64,000 nt of DNA. Source: Octopus sinensis (taxonomy: Eukaryota). The stretch is taken from positions 18,724,001 to 18,788,000 of the forward strand of contig NC_043024.1 in the NCBI RefSeq assembly GCF_006345805.1. The letters are read 5' to 3'. The notes under the pieces were generated by a model, which worked only from the letters and a program-made list of their open reading frames with translations, was not told where the DNA came from and did no database searches. This document shows positions 1 to 11,754 of the stretch, in pieces (positions within the stretch are counted from its first letter, which is position 1; the number at the start of each line of letters is the position of its first letter). The position numbers and the translations under genes are program-made.

Positions 1-941
1 CGTGGTCGGCCCACTTTCTTGGAGCGATGGACTTTTTTAGGGAGAATCCTCACCCTGCTTCTAATTAGTGAGTGGTCTGTGTCACAATCCGCACTGTGGT
101 AACTGCGGGTCAATAGAGTGGAACTCAGAAAGGATCTCCGTGTAATGATGAGATCCAGCTGATGCCAGTGGTGAGATCTTGGATGTCTCCAGGATGCCTT
201 GTGGGATGGCTTGCTGGTAAAAAATGTGTTTGTGATGCACAGGTTGTGGTATGTGCAGAATTCGAGTAGTCTCTGACCATTGTCATTCATGTTGCCAATA
301 CCAAAGTGTCCAACACAAATGGGCCACGAATCATGGTCAGATCCCACGCGAGCGTTAAAATCCCCTAGAAGGTAGATATTTTCAGTCGTTGGTATATTTT
401 CTAGGACACAGTTGAGATCTTTGTAGAACTGGTCCTTGGTCTCCTCTGAGCTGTAGAGAGTGGGAGCATAGATGCTGAGTAGATGTACTGAGCCAGAAGA
501 AGTCGAGAGGCGCAGTGAGAGGATACGCTCAGTGCCTCCCGATGGTGGTTCTATTGAGGAGAGTAGTGAGTTTCTCACTGCAAAGCCAACGCCATGTTGA
601 TGAGGTTCTTCTGGATCTCTTCCCTGCCAAAAGAAGGTGAAGTCCTGCTCTTTGAGTCTGCCGTTTGAGGGAAGTCTTGTCTCCTGCAGCCCAGCAATAT
701 CTATGTTGAGCCTCTTTAGTTCACGGTCAATGATGGCCGTTTTCCTTGTGTCTTCAATACTGAGAAGATCGTCAGATATTCCAGGACACATGGTCCTGAC
801 ATTCCAGCTTGCCAACTGCAGAACTGGTGTTTTCTTGAATTTTAGTTGCTTGCCTGGTGCAGAGGTTGCAGGCCGCTTTTCGAGTCGTACTCTTAGCTCC
901 AAGCACCCAATGGAACAGGCGGCTTGTGGCGGGTCAGCACC
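1..941 (-). CDS. RTE ORF (endonuclease-RT polyprotein), N-terminal APE domain, partial
   Basis: I translated it codon by codon: no stop from 941 to base 1, preceded by TAA TAA at 947-942. The first in-frame ATG (791) lies after the SWNVRT motif. Absent from the ORF track, probably because it has no stop in the window. Confidence 0.88.
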
Positions 942-1076
942 TTATTAACTGGGGGCTGCCCAGCTTGAGGTGGGCAGTAGCTAACCAATAGGACACGGAA
1001 GTCCCTCCCACTGGCAGAGGTAACCCGTAGCGTCCATATTTTACGCCAATCTGAATGGACTTATCACTCGTAACTG

Positions 1077-1325
1077 TTACCTCCCGTGTTGTTTCTGCAG
1101 CTTTTTACAGCAGCACTGAAGTGTCCTCTCCAGTTTTGCGCAGGCCTGGGCTATAGATAAGAAAGTCCTGGGTAGCCCAATCGTCAGGTTTCCTCTCTCG
1201 ACCTTGCTGATGTAGTCCAGTGGAGTGCAGTGCATTACGTTTGGCACCAGCTTGGTTGCAGGAGCTGCCGGAAGAGTGTCGAATCGAACACTAGACCGCC
1301 TTCGGGGCTCCACTCCGGATTTCAT
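1077..1325 (-). CDS. Short upstream ORF in the RTE leader ([10 protein letters not shown]...)
   Basis: Non-repetitive part of track ORF 1077..1451(-), just upstream of the APE ORF. Short leader ORFs are known in RTE elements. Confidence 0.4.
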   Translation of the reverse strand: MKSGVEPRRRSSVRFDTLPAAPATKLVPNVMHCTPLDYISKVERGNLTIGLPRTFLSIAQACAKLERTLQCCCKKLQKQHGR

Positions 1326-1389
1326 TGAAGGTTGTCTCCTTTCCGTAACCCTGGATAGGGGCCCATACCGGTTACTATCAGCCGGAGCT

Positions 1390-1554
1390 GTATATATGTA
1401 TATATATATATAAGTATATATATACAAGTATATATATAAATATATATGCACACACGTTTATATACATGTATATATATATATACATACACATGTATATATA
1501 TACACACACATGTATATATACATGTATATATATATGTATATATATGTATGTATA

Positions 1555-1647
<93 letters not shown>

Positions 1648-1971
1648 TATATGCACATATACATACATGTATATATAATAAATATATGTGTGTATCAATG
1701 TATATACAACTGGGGGCTGAAAAGTTCATGGCCTTGGGTAAAAAAATACAGGTATATAAGTTAATTATCAATTTATCCAACATTTTGAGCAGCACCTCCT
1801 TGTACATATATATGTGTGTGAGTGTGTGTGTGTGTGAGTGTGTGTGTGTGTGGGTATGTGTGTGTGTATTCAAACACACACACATATATAAAAATGTCAT
1901 GCATAAATATATATGCATATATTTGTATATATAAAACTGTATATATATTCATGTATGTATCTATGTGTATC

Positions 1972-2005
<34 letters not shown>

Positions 2006-2115
2006 GTATGCACACACATATACACATATACATACATGCACATACACACACACACATAGTCACACCTACCCAACACACACACACATACACCCACCCACCC
2101 AACACACACATGCAT
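1390..2115. repeat. Compound (TA)n/(CA)n/(TATG)n microsatellite
   Basis: Direct inspection. Confidence 0.95.
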
Positions 2116-2428
2116 GTCCAATTCCTTTTCTTATTCTACTTGTTTCACTTACTAGAAAAAGCTCTTTATTGTGGTAAGATATCTCATTATTGTCTACGAT
2201 ATCTCGTTATTGTCTTAGATATGTCATTATAGTCAGTGATATCTTATTATCACCTGATATATTTTATTATTTCCTGGGATATCTCATTATAATGGAGGAA
2301 ATGCTCTTCCGCACTTTCCTGAACACTTTTATCAGAGAACTTCAAAATATCTGCCAGCATTGCGGTGTTAATTAACTTAACTTTTATAAGTAACTATATG
2401 TAAGTATATATGTATGTATGCATGTATG

Positions 2429-2462
<34 letters not shown>

Positions 2463-2730
2463 TGTATGTATGTATGTATGTATGTATGTATGTATGTATG
2501 TATGTATGTGTGTATGTATGTGTGTATGTGTGTATGTATGTATGTATGAATGCGTTCATGCATGCGTCTATGTATGTATGTATCTATCTATTTATCTATA
2601 AATATATATCCAAAAATGTAATTAAGGGTAATGTTATGCTACTTCCTAATAATCCCTATCATTATTATTATTATTATCATTATTATTGTTATTGTTATTG
2701 CTATTATTATTATTATGTGTATATGTATGT

Positions 2731-3167
2731 ATGAAAAGAAGTTTGCCCGTGTTCAGTGACGTGAAGACCAAAGAACTGAAGTATTTCGGATTGCAAGACA
2801 GTGTGTGAGAGGAAATTGTGGTGTCATAAGAGAGAAATGTATCTGCATGGATGATGGTGCCTTTGTAGTTAATAATTCTGTAAAGAAAGAGGCTTAGAGA
2901 TACCATTATGAAAGACTGCTGAAAGTGGAGAATGAATGGGAGGAGGAGAGTCTGCCAAAGGTTGACCCAACTGAGGGACCAGTTACCTGAACTGACAGTA
3001 CCCTGGTAGATAAAGCAACTAAGAATATGAAGACAGGCAAAGCCCCCACCCCCAATCGATCAGGAATCACTGCTGAGACACGTAAAATATCTGGTGGCGT
3101 GGGCAATGGTCTAGCCACCCATACTGTAAATCAGGAGGTTCATGAAGGAGTCACACCCAATGACTGA
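2731..3167 (+). mobile_element. Decayed RTE-like LINE fragment (linker before RT)
   Basis: Translates to ...YERLLKVENEWEEESLPKVDPTEGP..., matching ENEWEKESLPNVDPVEGP of the copy at 60.2-61.4 kb; contains stops. Confidence 0.8.
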
Positions 3168-3173
3168 TACAAA

Positions 3174-3232
3174 ATCACAAACCAGTTTCGTTGTTACCAC
3201 TAACGTAGATGTCCGCAACTCATCAGTGTGAT
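3174..3232 (-). ncRNA. Type I hammerhead ribozyme motif (left arm of foldback)
   Basis: ATCACA-CTGATGA-GTTG..CAAC-GAAAC-TG-GTT^TGTGAT: perfect 6-bp stem I, 4-bp stem II, canonical core. Confidence 0.8.
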
Positions 3233-3417
3233 CGTCATGGCAAAATATAATACGCAGAACTATACACGAGACGTCTGCATGAGATTGAACATGTATATAG
3301 TTCTACCAATTACGTTTGGGGTTCTATTGAAAATAAAACCCCAAATTTAATTGGTAGAATTATATACAAGTGCAATCGCATGCAGACGTCTCGTGTATAT
3401 TATATTTTGCCATGACG

Positions 3418-3477
3418 ATCACACTGATGAGTTGCGGACGTTCTATGTAAGTGGTAACAACGAAACTGGTTTGTCAT
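3418..3477 (+). ncRNA. Type I hammerhead ribozyme motif (right arm of foldback)
   Basis: ATCACA-CTGATGA-GTTG..CAAC-GAAAC-TG-GTT^TGTCAT; one mismatch in stem I. Confidence 0.72.
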
Positions 3478-3642
3478 TAATCTATATTTTGTATCTTTTC
3501 ATTTCTCTTGCTCACTTACGTTCTGGCATTTGCTAAATTTTCTTGAGAACATTCCTTTCTTATGGTAAAACCATAGTGGATCTTCTTCTAGCTTAATGGA
3601 TGTCCACTTACAGGTCATCCCTTTTATATGCATGCATATAAG

Positions 3643-3676
<34 letters not shown>

Positions 3677-3774
3677 ATATATATATAATAAAGGGAAAGT
3701 TTACGAAAATAAATAAAAGAGGAGGCAGGTGGAGTAGAAACAAAACAAATGTATTAGAATAGAAATAGAAAAAG

Positions 3775-3812
3775 TCTTTTACGTTTCGAGCCTACGTTCT
3801 TCGACAGAAAGA
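3775..3812 (-). ncRNA. Minimal hammerhead motif (core CUGUCGA) in a PLE-type terminal repeat (about 3685-3885)
   Basis: TCTTT-CTGTCGA-A-GAAC-GTAG-GCTC-GAAACGTA^AAAGA; 5-bp stem I, palindromic ACGT stem III, A6 changed to U. Confidence 0.6.
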
Positions 3813-3876
3813 TACACAGAAAAAAGCAAGGAGAGAAACAAGGAGAGAAAATAATGCGTGTAGGAGCTAACGATCT

Positions 3877-3921
<45 letters not shown>

Positions 3922-3923
<2 letters not shown>

Positions 3924-5081
3924 CGAAAAGATCTCAGAATTTTAATTGATTTGCTTTTCGCAGGAAGAAGTTTTCTTCGAAGTATACGTCTCGCTTTTAT
4001 CCTTCGAAACGTTTAGTAGATGAAACCTTAGCGACTGAAGAAGGGGATTTTTCGTTGTGCTTATTGTCCTGTATCTCTTTTTTGCTTGTCTTGTTCCTTG
4101 GTTGTGTCTATGTTTTTCGTCTCTCTCTGTGTTCGACGTCTTTTTGGTGTCCTGTACACATATATGCGTGTATATGTACATGTAGAGGTAGGTAGGTACG
4201 TACATATATGTTTATATATATGCATATGTTCTATTTTATTAACATATTATACGACTAAACGCACGCACCCTATTAAATAAGATTGTTCTGTTTATCAAAT
4301 TAGCCTTGATATTAACTCTCACGCGACTCTGCATCTTTCTTTCTTTCTCTCCCATTCCCTTTTTCGTCTTTTTCCCTCACTTAACTTGTCTCTTCCTCTC
4401 TCTCTCCCCCTCACCGTTCTTCATGGTCTCCTCGCACCATTCCCCTTCTTCTCTCTCTTCCTCTTGCTCCTCCTCCCCCATTCCCGTCGTCCATCTGCGA
4501 CGATATTTCCGTCGTAACTGCTATCCTGTCTTTTCTCGCCCGCCTTCTAAGGCTACTGGTCGACATTCTTTCTCTCTCGTCGTCCACTATAATCCAGCGT
4601 TTGCAATACTTTTTTCGTCTGGCGTTAACAGCCCTTCTTATCTTGTTCTCCTTGTCCTGTCTCTCACTGTTATATATTTATTTTTCCACTGTTTATATAT
4701 ATATTTTTACTGTTTATATGTTTGTACTGTCGTTACCGTCTTGCTTTTCTTACCCCTCTGCGAAAAGATCTCAGAATTTTAATTGATTTGCTTTTCGCAG
4801 GAAGGAAGTTTTCTTCGAAGTATACGTCTCGCTTTTATCCTTCGAAACGTTTAGTAGATGAAACCTTAGCGACTGAAGAAGGGGATTTTTCGTTGTGCTT
4901 ATTGTCCTGTATCTCTTTTTTTGCTTGTCTTGTTCCTTGGTTTGTGTCTATGTTTTTCGTCTCTCTATGTGTTCGACGTCTTTTTGGTGTCCTGTACACA
5001 TATATGCGTGTATATGTACATGTAGAGGTAGGTACGTACATATATGTTTATATATATATGCATATGTTCTATTTTATTAAC

Positions 5082-5085
<4 letters not shown>
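3922..5085. repeat. Two ~325-bp direct repeats (3922-4246, 4759-5085) flanking a pyrimidine-rich core; pseudo-LTR-like
   Basis: Near-identical text starting tgcgaaaagatctcagaatt at both sites; period about 837 bp. Confidence 0.85.
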
Positions 5086-5113
<28 letters not shown>

Positions 5114-5695
5114 ATGTATGTATGCATATGTATATATACACATATATATATACATATACACAAGTATATTTATTTATACATATTCATATATAGATACATA
5201 CATGCACATACACACATACACATATACATAGTGTCGTAAATCCAAAACATTGCTTTTTCAGAAACCGAAAAAACAGTTCCATCATTCCATAGCAAAACCG
5301 TTGTATAACACTTTGAAAATTTTTGTTATCTTGGCACCTGAAGCACCTGGATATACGATAGTTTGACCAAAAACACCAGGTATTGCAAGCAAAAATAAAT
5401 ATTGAAAAAAGTGCATTTGGCCTAATTTGAACATACGACAGTTTAATATAATAGCAACGATATATATATATATATTATATAAAATCCGTTCTGTCTGTCT
5501 GTCTGTGTGTCTTCTAGGATCTCGGGCATCTTCCATCCGATTGCGCTCTAATTTGATATGTAGATACTGATGGTATCAGGGCGTGTATAAGTCTTGAAAA
5601 AATTACAAAAATCGATACCAGGTGAGAATGTGACCGATAAAGCCGTGGGAACGTGCATTTGTAGGTGCAAGTACATCAGCTGTTGCGATCGATAC

Positions 5696-5923
5696 GACAC
5701 GTGTTTCGTGGCTATATTTAAGAAATGATTATACTAAAAACATTAGTAGTAGTAGTAAAATCACTTCAATATAAATATAGCCACTCATCAGCTTAAAGAT
5801 AACTACAATAATTAATTAATAAATATGAGTGGCTATATTTATATTGATGTGATTTTACTACTACTACTAATGTTTTTACTATAATCATTTCTTAAATATA
5901 GCCACGAAACACGTGTCGTTATT
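5696..5923. ncRNA. Foldback with a hammerhead motif in each ~95-bp arm (minus 5696-5791, plus 5818-5923)
   Basis: Minus: CTGATGA-GTGGCTATATTT..AAATATAGCCAC-GAAAC-ACGT-GTC with no stem I partner. Plus: CTG is lost but stem I is partly retained (AATAA/GTTATT). Confidence 0.6.
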
Positions 5924-6090
5924 CTACCAAATATATACATTTTATTTACTATTTTGCACATTACTTAATCATCGTTATATTTTTCATCTTATATCTAATC
6001 TTCCTATTATATGTAATTTTCTAAATGGTATAATTTAATTTAATTTTTCATTTTGAATTGATAAAGGTGGTTTTTTTCTAATTTATATAC

Positions 6091-6124
<34 letters not shown>

Positions 6125-6128
<4 letters not shown>

Positions 6129-6585
6129 CATAAATGAGGGAAAAGGAAAGAATTTCTAGTGCCAAATATGCCGAAAAATTGGACGTATTGTCCATTAACC
6201 ATATAATGTTTTCACAATTTGCACGCTACTCGAATGGGCTTTTCACAATTCGCATGTGCCTCGAATGGGCTGGAATATTTCTATTTTGGATGTATTTGGG
6301 GTACTTAGTTGTGCCCATGACCTAGTGTTTGCTTCTTCCATGGGTGCGAGTAAGTTTCTCATTTATTTCTTTTACCACATGTATCACTGACGAAGAGAGG
6401 GCTCTTAGTAGCTAACTCTGAAATCGGTCCGATATGGTAATAATGGAATTTTTTAGAAATTTCTGTCGACCTTTTTTCGAGTAGCGTGCGAATTGTGAAA
6501 AAATTACATGGTTAATGGACAATATGTCCAATTTTTCGGCATATTTGGCATTAGAAATTCTTTCTTTTGCCCTCATTTATGAATT
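6125..6585. mobile_element. Element with ~105-bp inverted termini and an internal hammerhead-like motif (6381-6435, +)
   Basis: 6125-6233 is the reverse complement of 6476-6585. Internal GTATCA-CTGACGA-AGAG..CTCT-GAAA-TCG-GTC^CGATAT. Confidence 0.65.
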
Positions 6586-6816
6586 GTTTATAAATTTAAC
6601 CGTTAAAGGTATTTTTTAATATGCTGGCCATTGATAAAATTTTTTTCGAGAAAATATTTTTTTCGAAAAGAATTTTATCCTCACATTTGATATATATATA
6701 TATATATATGGCAAGAAGAAAATGGAGGGAATCCAGAGATATTATTCATCAGCTGTTCGATATTATATTATGTCTATTTATTTATTGAAAACAGTTTTGA
6801 TAATATATATATATAT

Positions 6817-6996
6817 GTACATGTGTAAAGTACCAGTAATTTCTAGAATAGAGAAAGAAGCTGCTCTTCAGAAACTGAAAAAACAGTTTCACTATTCCAT
6901 AGCAAAACCATTGTACTACACTTCGAAAATTTTTATTATCTTGCCATCTGAAGCTCTTTCTCTATTCTAGATATTACTAATACTTTACACATGTAC
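6817..6996. mobile_element. MITE-like element with ~45-bp TIRs; core related to 5250-5345
   Basis: gtacatgtgtaaagtaccagtaatttctagaatagagaaag pairs with ctttctctattctagatattactaatactttacacatgtac. Confidence 0.6.
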
Positions 6997-7035
6997 TTAT
7001 ATATAACCTGAACTGTTTAAAATAAATGAATAGAC

Positions 7036-7450
7036 AGGTGCAGGAGTGGCGGTGTGGTAAGTAGCTTGCTAACCAACCACATGGATCCGAGTTCAGTCCC
7101 ACTGCGTGGCACCTTGGGCAAGTGTCTTCTGCTATGGCCCCGGACCGACTAATGCCTTGTGAGTGGATTTGGTAGACGGAAACTGAAAGAAGCCTGTCGT
7201 ATATATGTATATGTATATATATGTATGTGTGTGTGTTTGTGTGTCTGTGTTTGTCCCCCTAGCATTGCTTGACAACCGATGCTGGTGTGTTTACGTCCCT
7301 GTCACTTAGCGGTTCGGCAAAAGACACCGATAGAATAAGTACTGGGCTTATAAAAGAATAAGTCCCGGGGTCGAGTTGCTCGACTAAAGGCGGTGCTCCA
7401 GCATGGCCGCAGTCAAACGACTGAAACAAGTAAAAGAGAGTAAAGAGAGA
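7036..7450 (+). mobile_element. tRNA-headed SINE family A (CORE-like segment, internal TA/TG tract)
   Basis: Head ggtgcaggagtggcggtgtggtaag, B-box-like gagttcagtccc, CORE-like caccttgggcaagtgtctt, tail ctgaaacaagtaaaagag; many copies in the window. Confidence 0.9.
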
Positions 7451-8017
7451 CATAATATAATGTCTGACAACTGATGAATACTACCTCTGGCTTCCTTCTA
7501 TTTTCTTCTTGCCATATAAATTAAGGGTGAAACCACTAATTACCCTCACCTAATTATTATACTCAGTAGTGTAATTGCCACACAGTAACCAACACTTGTG
7601 TACTATTCTACCAGCAGTATATTGGATAGATACTATCTCTTAATTGGTTGCATTCACAACCCCGAACTCTCTTTGAATTATATATATATACGTGTGTGAG
7701 TATGTGTATAAAATGTAAAAGAGAAATGGTAAATTCTTGGCTGTGGAAGTGCCCTGTTTTCTTTGCTGTTTACAGTTGTTGTTGTTGTCGTTGCTTAACT
7801 TGTTTCTCTTGTACTTTTGCTTGTGTTTCCAATGCAAAATAGAAAGGCGAAATTCTTGGAGATGGTAAATTACTTATGTTGTAGTTGTAGTTGTTTTTGT
7901 TGTTGCTGCAGCTATTGTTGTCTTTATGATTTTTAATTTGTTTATTGTTTACAAAAGCAATAAACTACTACTAAGTAGTAGTAGTAGTTTCTCTTTCTCT
8001 TTTTTTTTCTCTTTTTT

Positions 8018-8215
8018 CTCTTTTTACTTGTTTCAGTCATTTTGACTGCGGCCATGCTGGAGCAACTCGACCCCGGGACTTATTCTTTTGTAAGCCCAGT
8101 ACTTATTCAATCGGTCTCTTTTGCCGAACCACTAAGTGACGGGGATATAAACACACCAGCATCGGTTGTCAAGCAATGTTGGGGGACAAACACAGACACA
8201 CAAACACACACACGC

Positions 8216-8246
<31 letters not shown>

Positions 8247-8411
8247 TATACGACGGGCTTCTTTCAGTTTCCGTCTACCAAATCCACTCACAAGGCATTG
8301 GTTGGCCCGAGGCTATAGTAGAAGACACTTGCCCAAGGTGCCACGCAGTGAGACTGAACCCAGAACCATGTGGCTGGTAAACAAGCTACTTACCACATAG
8401 CCACTCCTGTG
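8018..8411 (-). mobile_element. SINE family A copy
   Basis: Reverse-complement match to 7036-7450. Confidence 0.9.
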
Positions 8412-8892
8412 GTTGTTGTTGTGGAAGTGGCTTTGTTTCTGTTGCACAAGGACACAATGTGTTGCTGGGAATTGAACTCATGGCCTTGCATTTGTGAGAC
8501 TAATACTCTAACCACTAAGCCACGTACCTTTACTCTGTCAAATGTAATGATTTTCTATTCACACTGATTTGAATTAATCGTGCATTATCCCATATCTTCA
8601 AGATTGCGATGATGTGAATGCTTAATTTTAGCAAGACATTGAATGTCAAGCACGAGAGGCCAGATCTGGCCAGATTGAACTTCTAACAGGTAGAAATATT
8701 TGTGTCTGATATGGCTGGTTTAAATGCTAAAATGTTAAAATTGTGTGAGGGACAGATGTTTGGCGCTTAAACTTTTGGCATTCAGATGGCTCTGTCAAAT
8801 GTTCTGTTTATTTATTCACATTGTTTTGAATTAGTCATGGATTATCTCACAGCTTCTAAATTTCGATGACATGATTATTTATATTTATGTGG

Positions 8893-9073
8893 CACGTCTG
8901 TGCCAGTGGCACGTAAAAAGCACCCACTACACTCACGGAGTGGTTGGCGTTAGAAACACTGCCAGATCAGACTGGTGCCTGGTGCTGCCTTCTGGCTTAC
9001 CAGACCCCGATCGAACCGTCCAACCCATGCTAGCATGGAAAACAGACGTTAAACGATGATGATGATGATGATG
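8893..9073 (+). mobile_element. RTE 3' UTR-derived repeat ending in a (GAT)n tail
   Basis: gtgccagtggcacgtaaaaagcaccc...catgctagcatggaaaacagacgttaaacgatgatg; same as the 3' end of the LINE at 54940-55905. Confidence 0.85.
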
Positions 9074-9784
9074 GCATTGTAGGGTAGATGTGAGAAACTG
9101 GATGCGGCTGGTTTGAACATACAACAGAATATTTTTTGGCCTGGAACTTTAGTGGCTCAGCAAAAGAGATCGATAAAATAAGTACCCAGTCTTAAAGAAT
9201 ATTAAAAAACAAACAAAAAAAAAACAAGTACTGGGGTCGATAAAGCTGACTAAAAATTCTCCAAGGCGTTGCCCCAGCATGGCCACAGTCCAATGGTTGG
9301 AAAAAGTAAAAGATGAACGATAAAAGATAAATGTAATTTTTTCATCCTTATCAATTTTACATTAACCTGGATTTTTACGAACTTAATCTTTTACAAATGC
9401 TAATCTCCTCATTAGACATGTATTAATTAATATGAATGAGGTCATCAAATATAATTTAGATGATAGATCAAAAGCAGTTCGACCTTTTCCCTTCTACTCA
9501 TTACTTTAATCTTCTGTCATGATTTTGTATTCGTATTCATTTTTCTAATGAGATACATTGATGAAGTGTTTTAATTAATTAAGCAAAAATAGTTATTTCA
9601 CTTCTGTATTTGCTTTGTAAGATTCTTGATGTGAAATCATGTGTTGATACAGATTTTGTTGTATCTTGGGAGGGTCATTTGCCACTAATAAACACATGCA
9701 CTGGTTATATTTCACTTCTTACACTATTAATAGTCAGCTTGTTAACCAATGTGTATGCAGAAATATATATTTATATATATTTTT

Positions 9785-10130
9785 CATTCACTTGTTTGAG
9801 TCATTAGACTGCGGCTATGCTGGGGCACAACCTTGAGGAATTTGCAGTTGAATAAATTAACATTAGTACTTATTTTTTAATTGCTACTTTATTGTATCGG
9901 TTTCTTTTGCCAAACCACTAAGTTATGAGGATGTAAACACACCAGCACCAGTTGTCAAACAGTGGTGGGGGACAAACAAGCACACACACATATACATACA
10001 CACACACAAACAACAGACTTCTTTCAGTTTCCATCTATTAAATTGACTCACAAGGCCTTAGTCGGCGCAAGGCTATAGTAGAAGACATACACCCAAGGTG
10101 CCACACAGTGGGATTGAACCTAGATGCATG
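9785..10130 (-). mobile_element. SINE family A copy (diverged)
   Basis: Similarity to family A. Confidence 0.75.
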
Positions 10131-10399
10131 CCTATATGTTTGAATGTATATATAGACTGAAGTGGTGTACAGCTTTTATATATTAAGAAAAAGGAGATAG
10201 CCAGGATTTAGATAAAACCTATTTAGTGCTTTCAGCCTTTGAATGAAAAATGTGATATAGAGAACAGGCAAAGGGTTAAGACACACACTGTTCAAATTGA
10301 TATAGATGCTTGGAGGAGAATACAAACCTTGAAAGAAAAACAAAAAAATTATAAAAATTCTACCATTTTGTTCATTTTGTTCATTTCCCCGTTCCAATG

Positions 10400-10650
10400 G
10401 CGCGTAAAAGGCACCATCTGAATATGGTTGATGCCAGTGCCCCCTGACTGGCTCCCATGCCAGTGGCATGTAAAAAAGCACCCACTGCTCTCTTGGAGTT
10501 GTCGGCATTAGGAAGGGCATCCAGCTGTAGAAACCTCTTCAGATCAGATTAGAGCCTGGTGCAGCCTTCTAGCTTGCCAGCCCTCAGTCAAACTGTCCAA
10601 CCCATGCCAGCATGGAAAGCGGATGTTAAACGATGATGATGAGGATGATG
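10400..10650 (+). mobile_element. RTE 3' UTR-derived repeat
   Basis: Same motifs and GAT tail. Confidence 0.8.
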
Positions 10651-10848
10651 TAGATGCTGTCTATCACAGAATGGAAACAAAGAAGGATTCTTTTTCTCAT
10701 ATTTAATTCTCAACCATTCTGGTAGCTGAATAAATTAGGAATGCGTATCATATGTGATAAACGAATGCCAGGGAGGTATATCTCGTGTATGATATGGGAT
10801 TCACAAGACAGGCAAAAGGTTGAAACAAAATATTTTCATATTCAGCCT

Positions 10849-11080
10849 TAAATATATTTCTTTACTGCCCACAAGGGGCTAAACATAGAGGGGACAAACA
10901 AGGACAGACAAAGGGATTAAGTCGATTACATCGACCCCAGTGCGAAACTGGTACATTATTTATCGACCCCGAAAGGATAAAAGGCAAAGTCAACCTCGGT
11001 GGAATTTGAACTCAGAACGTAGCGGCAGACGAAATACGGCTACGCATTTCGCCCGGCGTGCTAACGTTTCCGCCAGCTCG
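10849..11080 (-). mobile_element. SINE family B (~230 bp)
   Basis: Reverse complement begins gagctggcggaaacgttagcacgccgggcgaaatgcgtagcc, contains ctgagttcaaattcc, and ends in a gcagtaaaagaaata-like tail. Confidence 0.85.
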
Positions 11081-11234
11081 AAATAACAACACAAAAGCAA
11101 TCGCTCCATATTCAATGTTAAAACTAGAAACCAATTCTAACTCGCCCACAACAAAATTAGAGCCTGATGAGTCTCTGAATCCCAGAAACAACAAATAAAT
11201 ATTAAAAAATTAACAAAACAAAAATTCAACATAT

Positions 11235-11400
11235 AGGCGCAGGAGTGGCTGTGTGGTAAGTAGCTTGCTAACCAACCACATGGTTCCTGGTTCAGTCCCA
11301 CTGCGTGACATCATGGGCAAGTGTCTTCTGCTATAGCCCCGGGCCGACCAATGCCTTGTGAGTGGATTTGGTAGACGGAAACTGAAAGAAGCCTGTCGTA

Positions 11401-11461
<61 letters not shown>

Positions 11462-11471
11462 CTGTGTGTGT

Positions 11472-11519
<48 letters not shown>

Positions 11520-11754
11520 GTGTGTATGTGTTTGTGTGTCTGTGTATGTGTGTGTATGTTCATATGTTTGTTCCCCCAACATCGTTTGACAACCGATGCT
11601 GGTGTGTTTATGTCTCCGTAACTTAGCGGTTCGGCAAAAGAGACCGATAGAATAAGTACTACGCTTACAAAGAATAGGTCCCAGGGTCGATTTGCTCGAC
11701 TAAAGGCGGTGCTCCAGCATGGCCGCAGTCAAGTGACTGAAACAAGTAAAAGAG
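11235..11754 (+). mobile_element. SINE family A copy with expanded internal microsatellite
   Basis: Match to family A. Confidence 0.9.

Larger units (their letters stand above)
1..1390 (-). mobile_element. RTE-clade LINE, 5' portion (5' UTR, short upstream ORF, APE endonuclease); runs off the window start
   Basis: Manual translation of the minus strand gives APE motifs LASWNVRT, IAGLQETRL, SIYAPT, LLGDFNARVG and DCDTDH. GC-rich leader 942-1390 ends at a TA/CA microsatellite. Confidence 0.92.

Noticed and set aside
11160-11195. CTGATGA...GAAAC as a hammerhead
   Set aside because: No stem II or stem I pairing and no NUH site.
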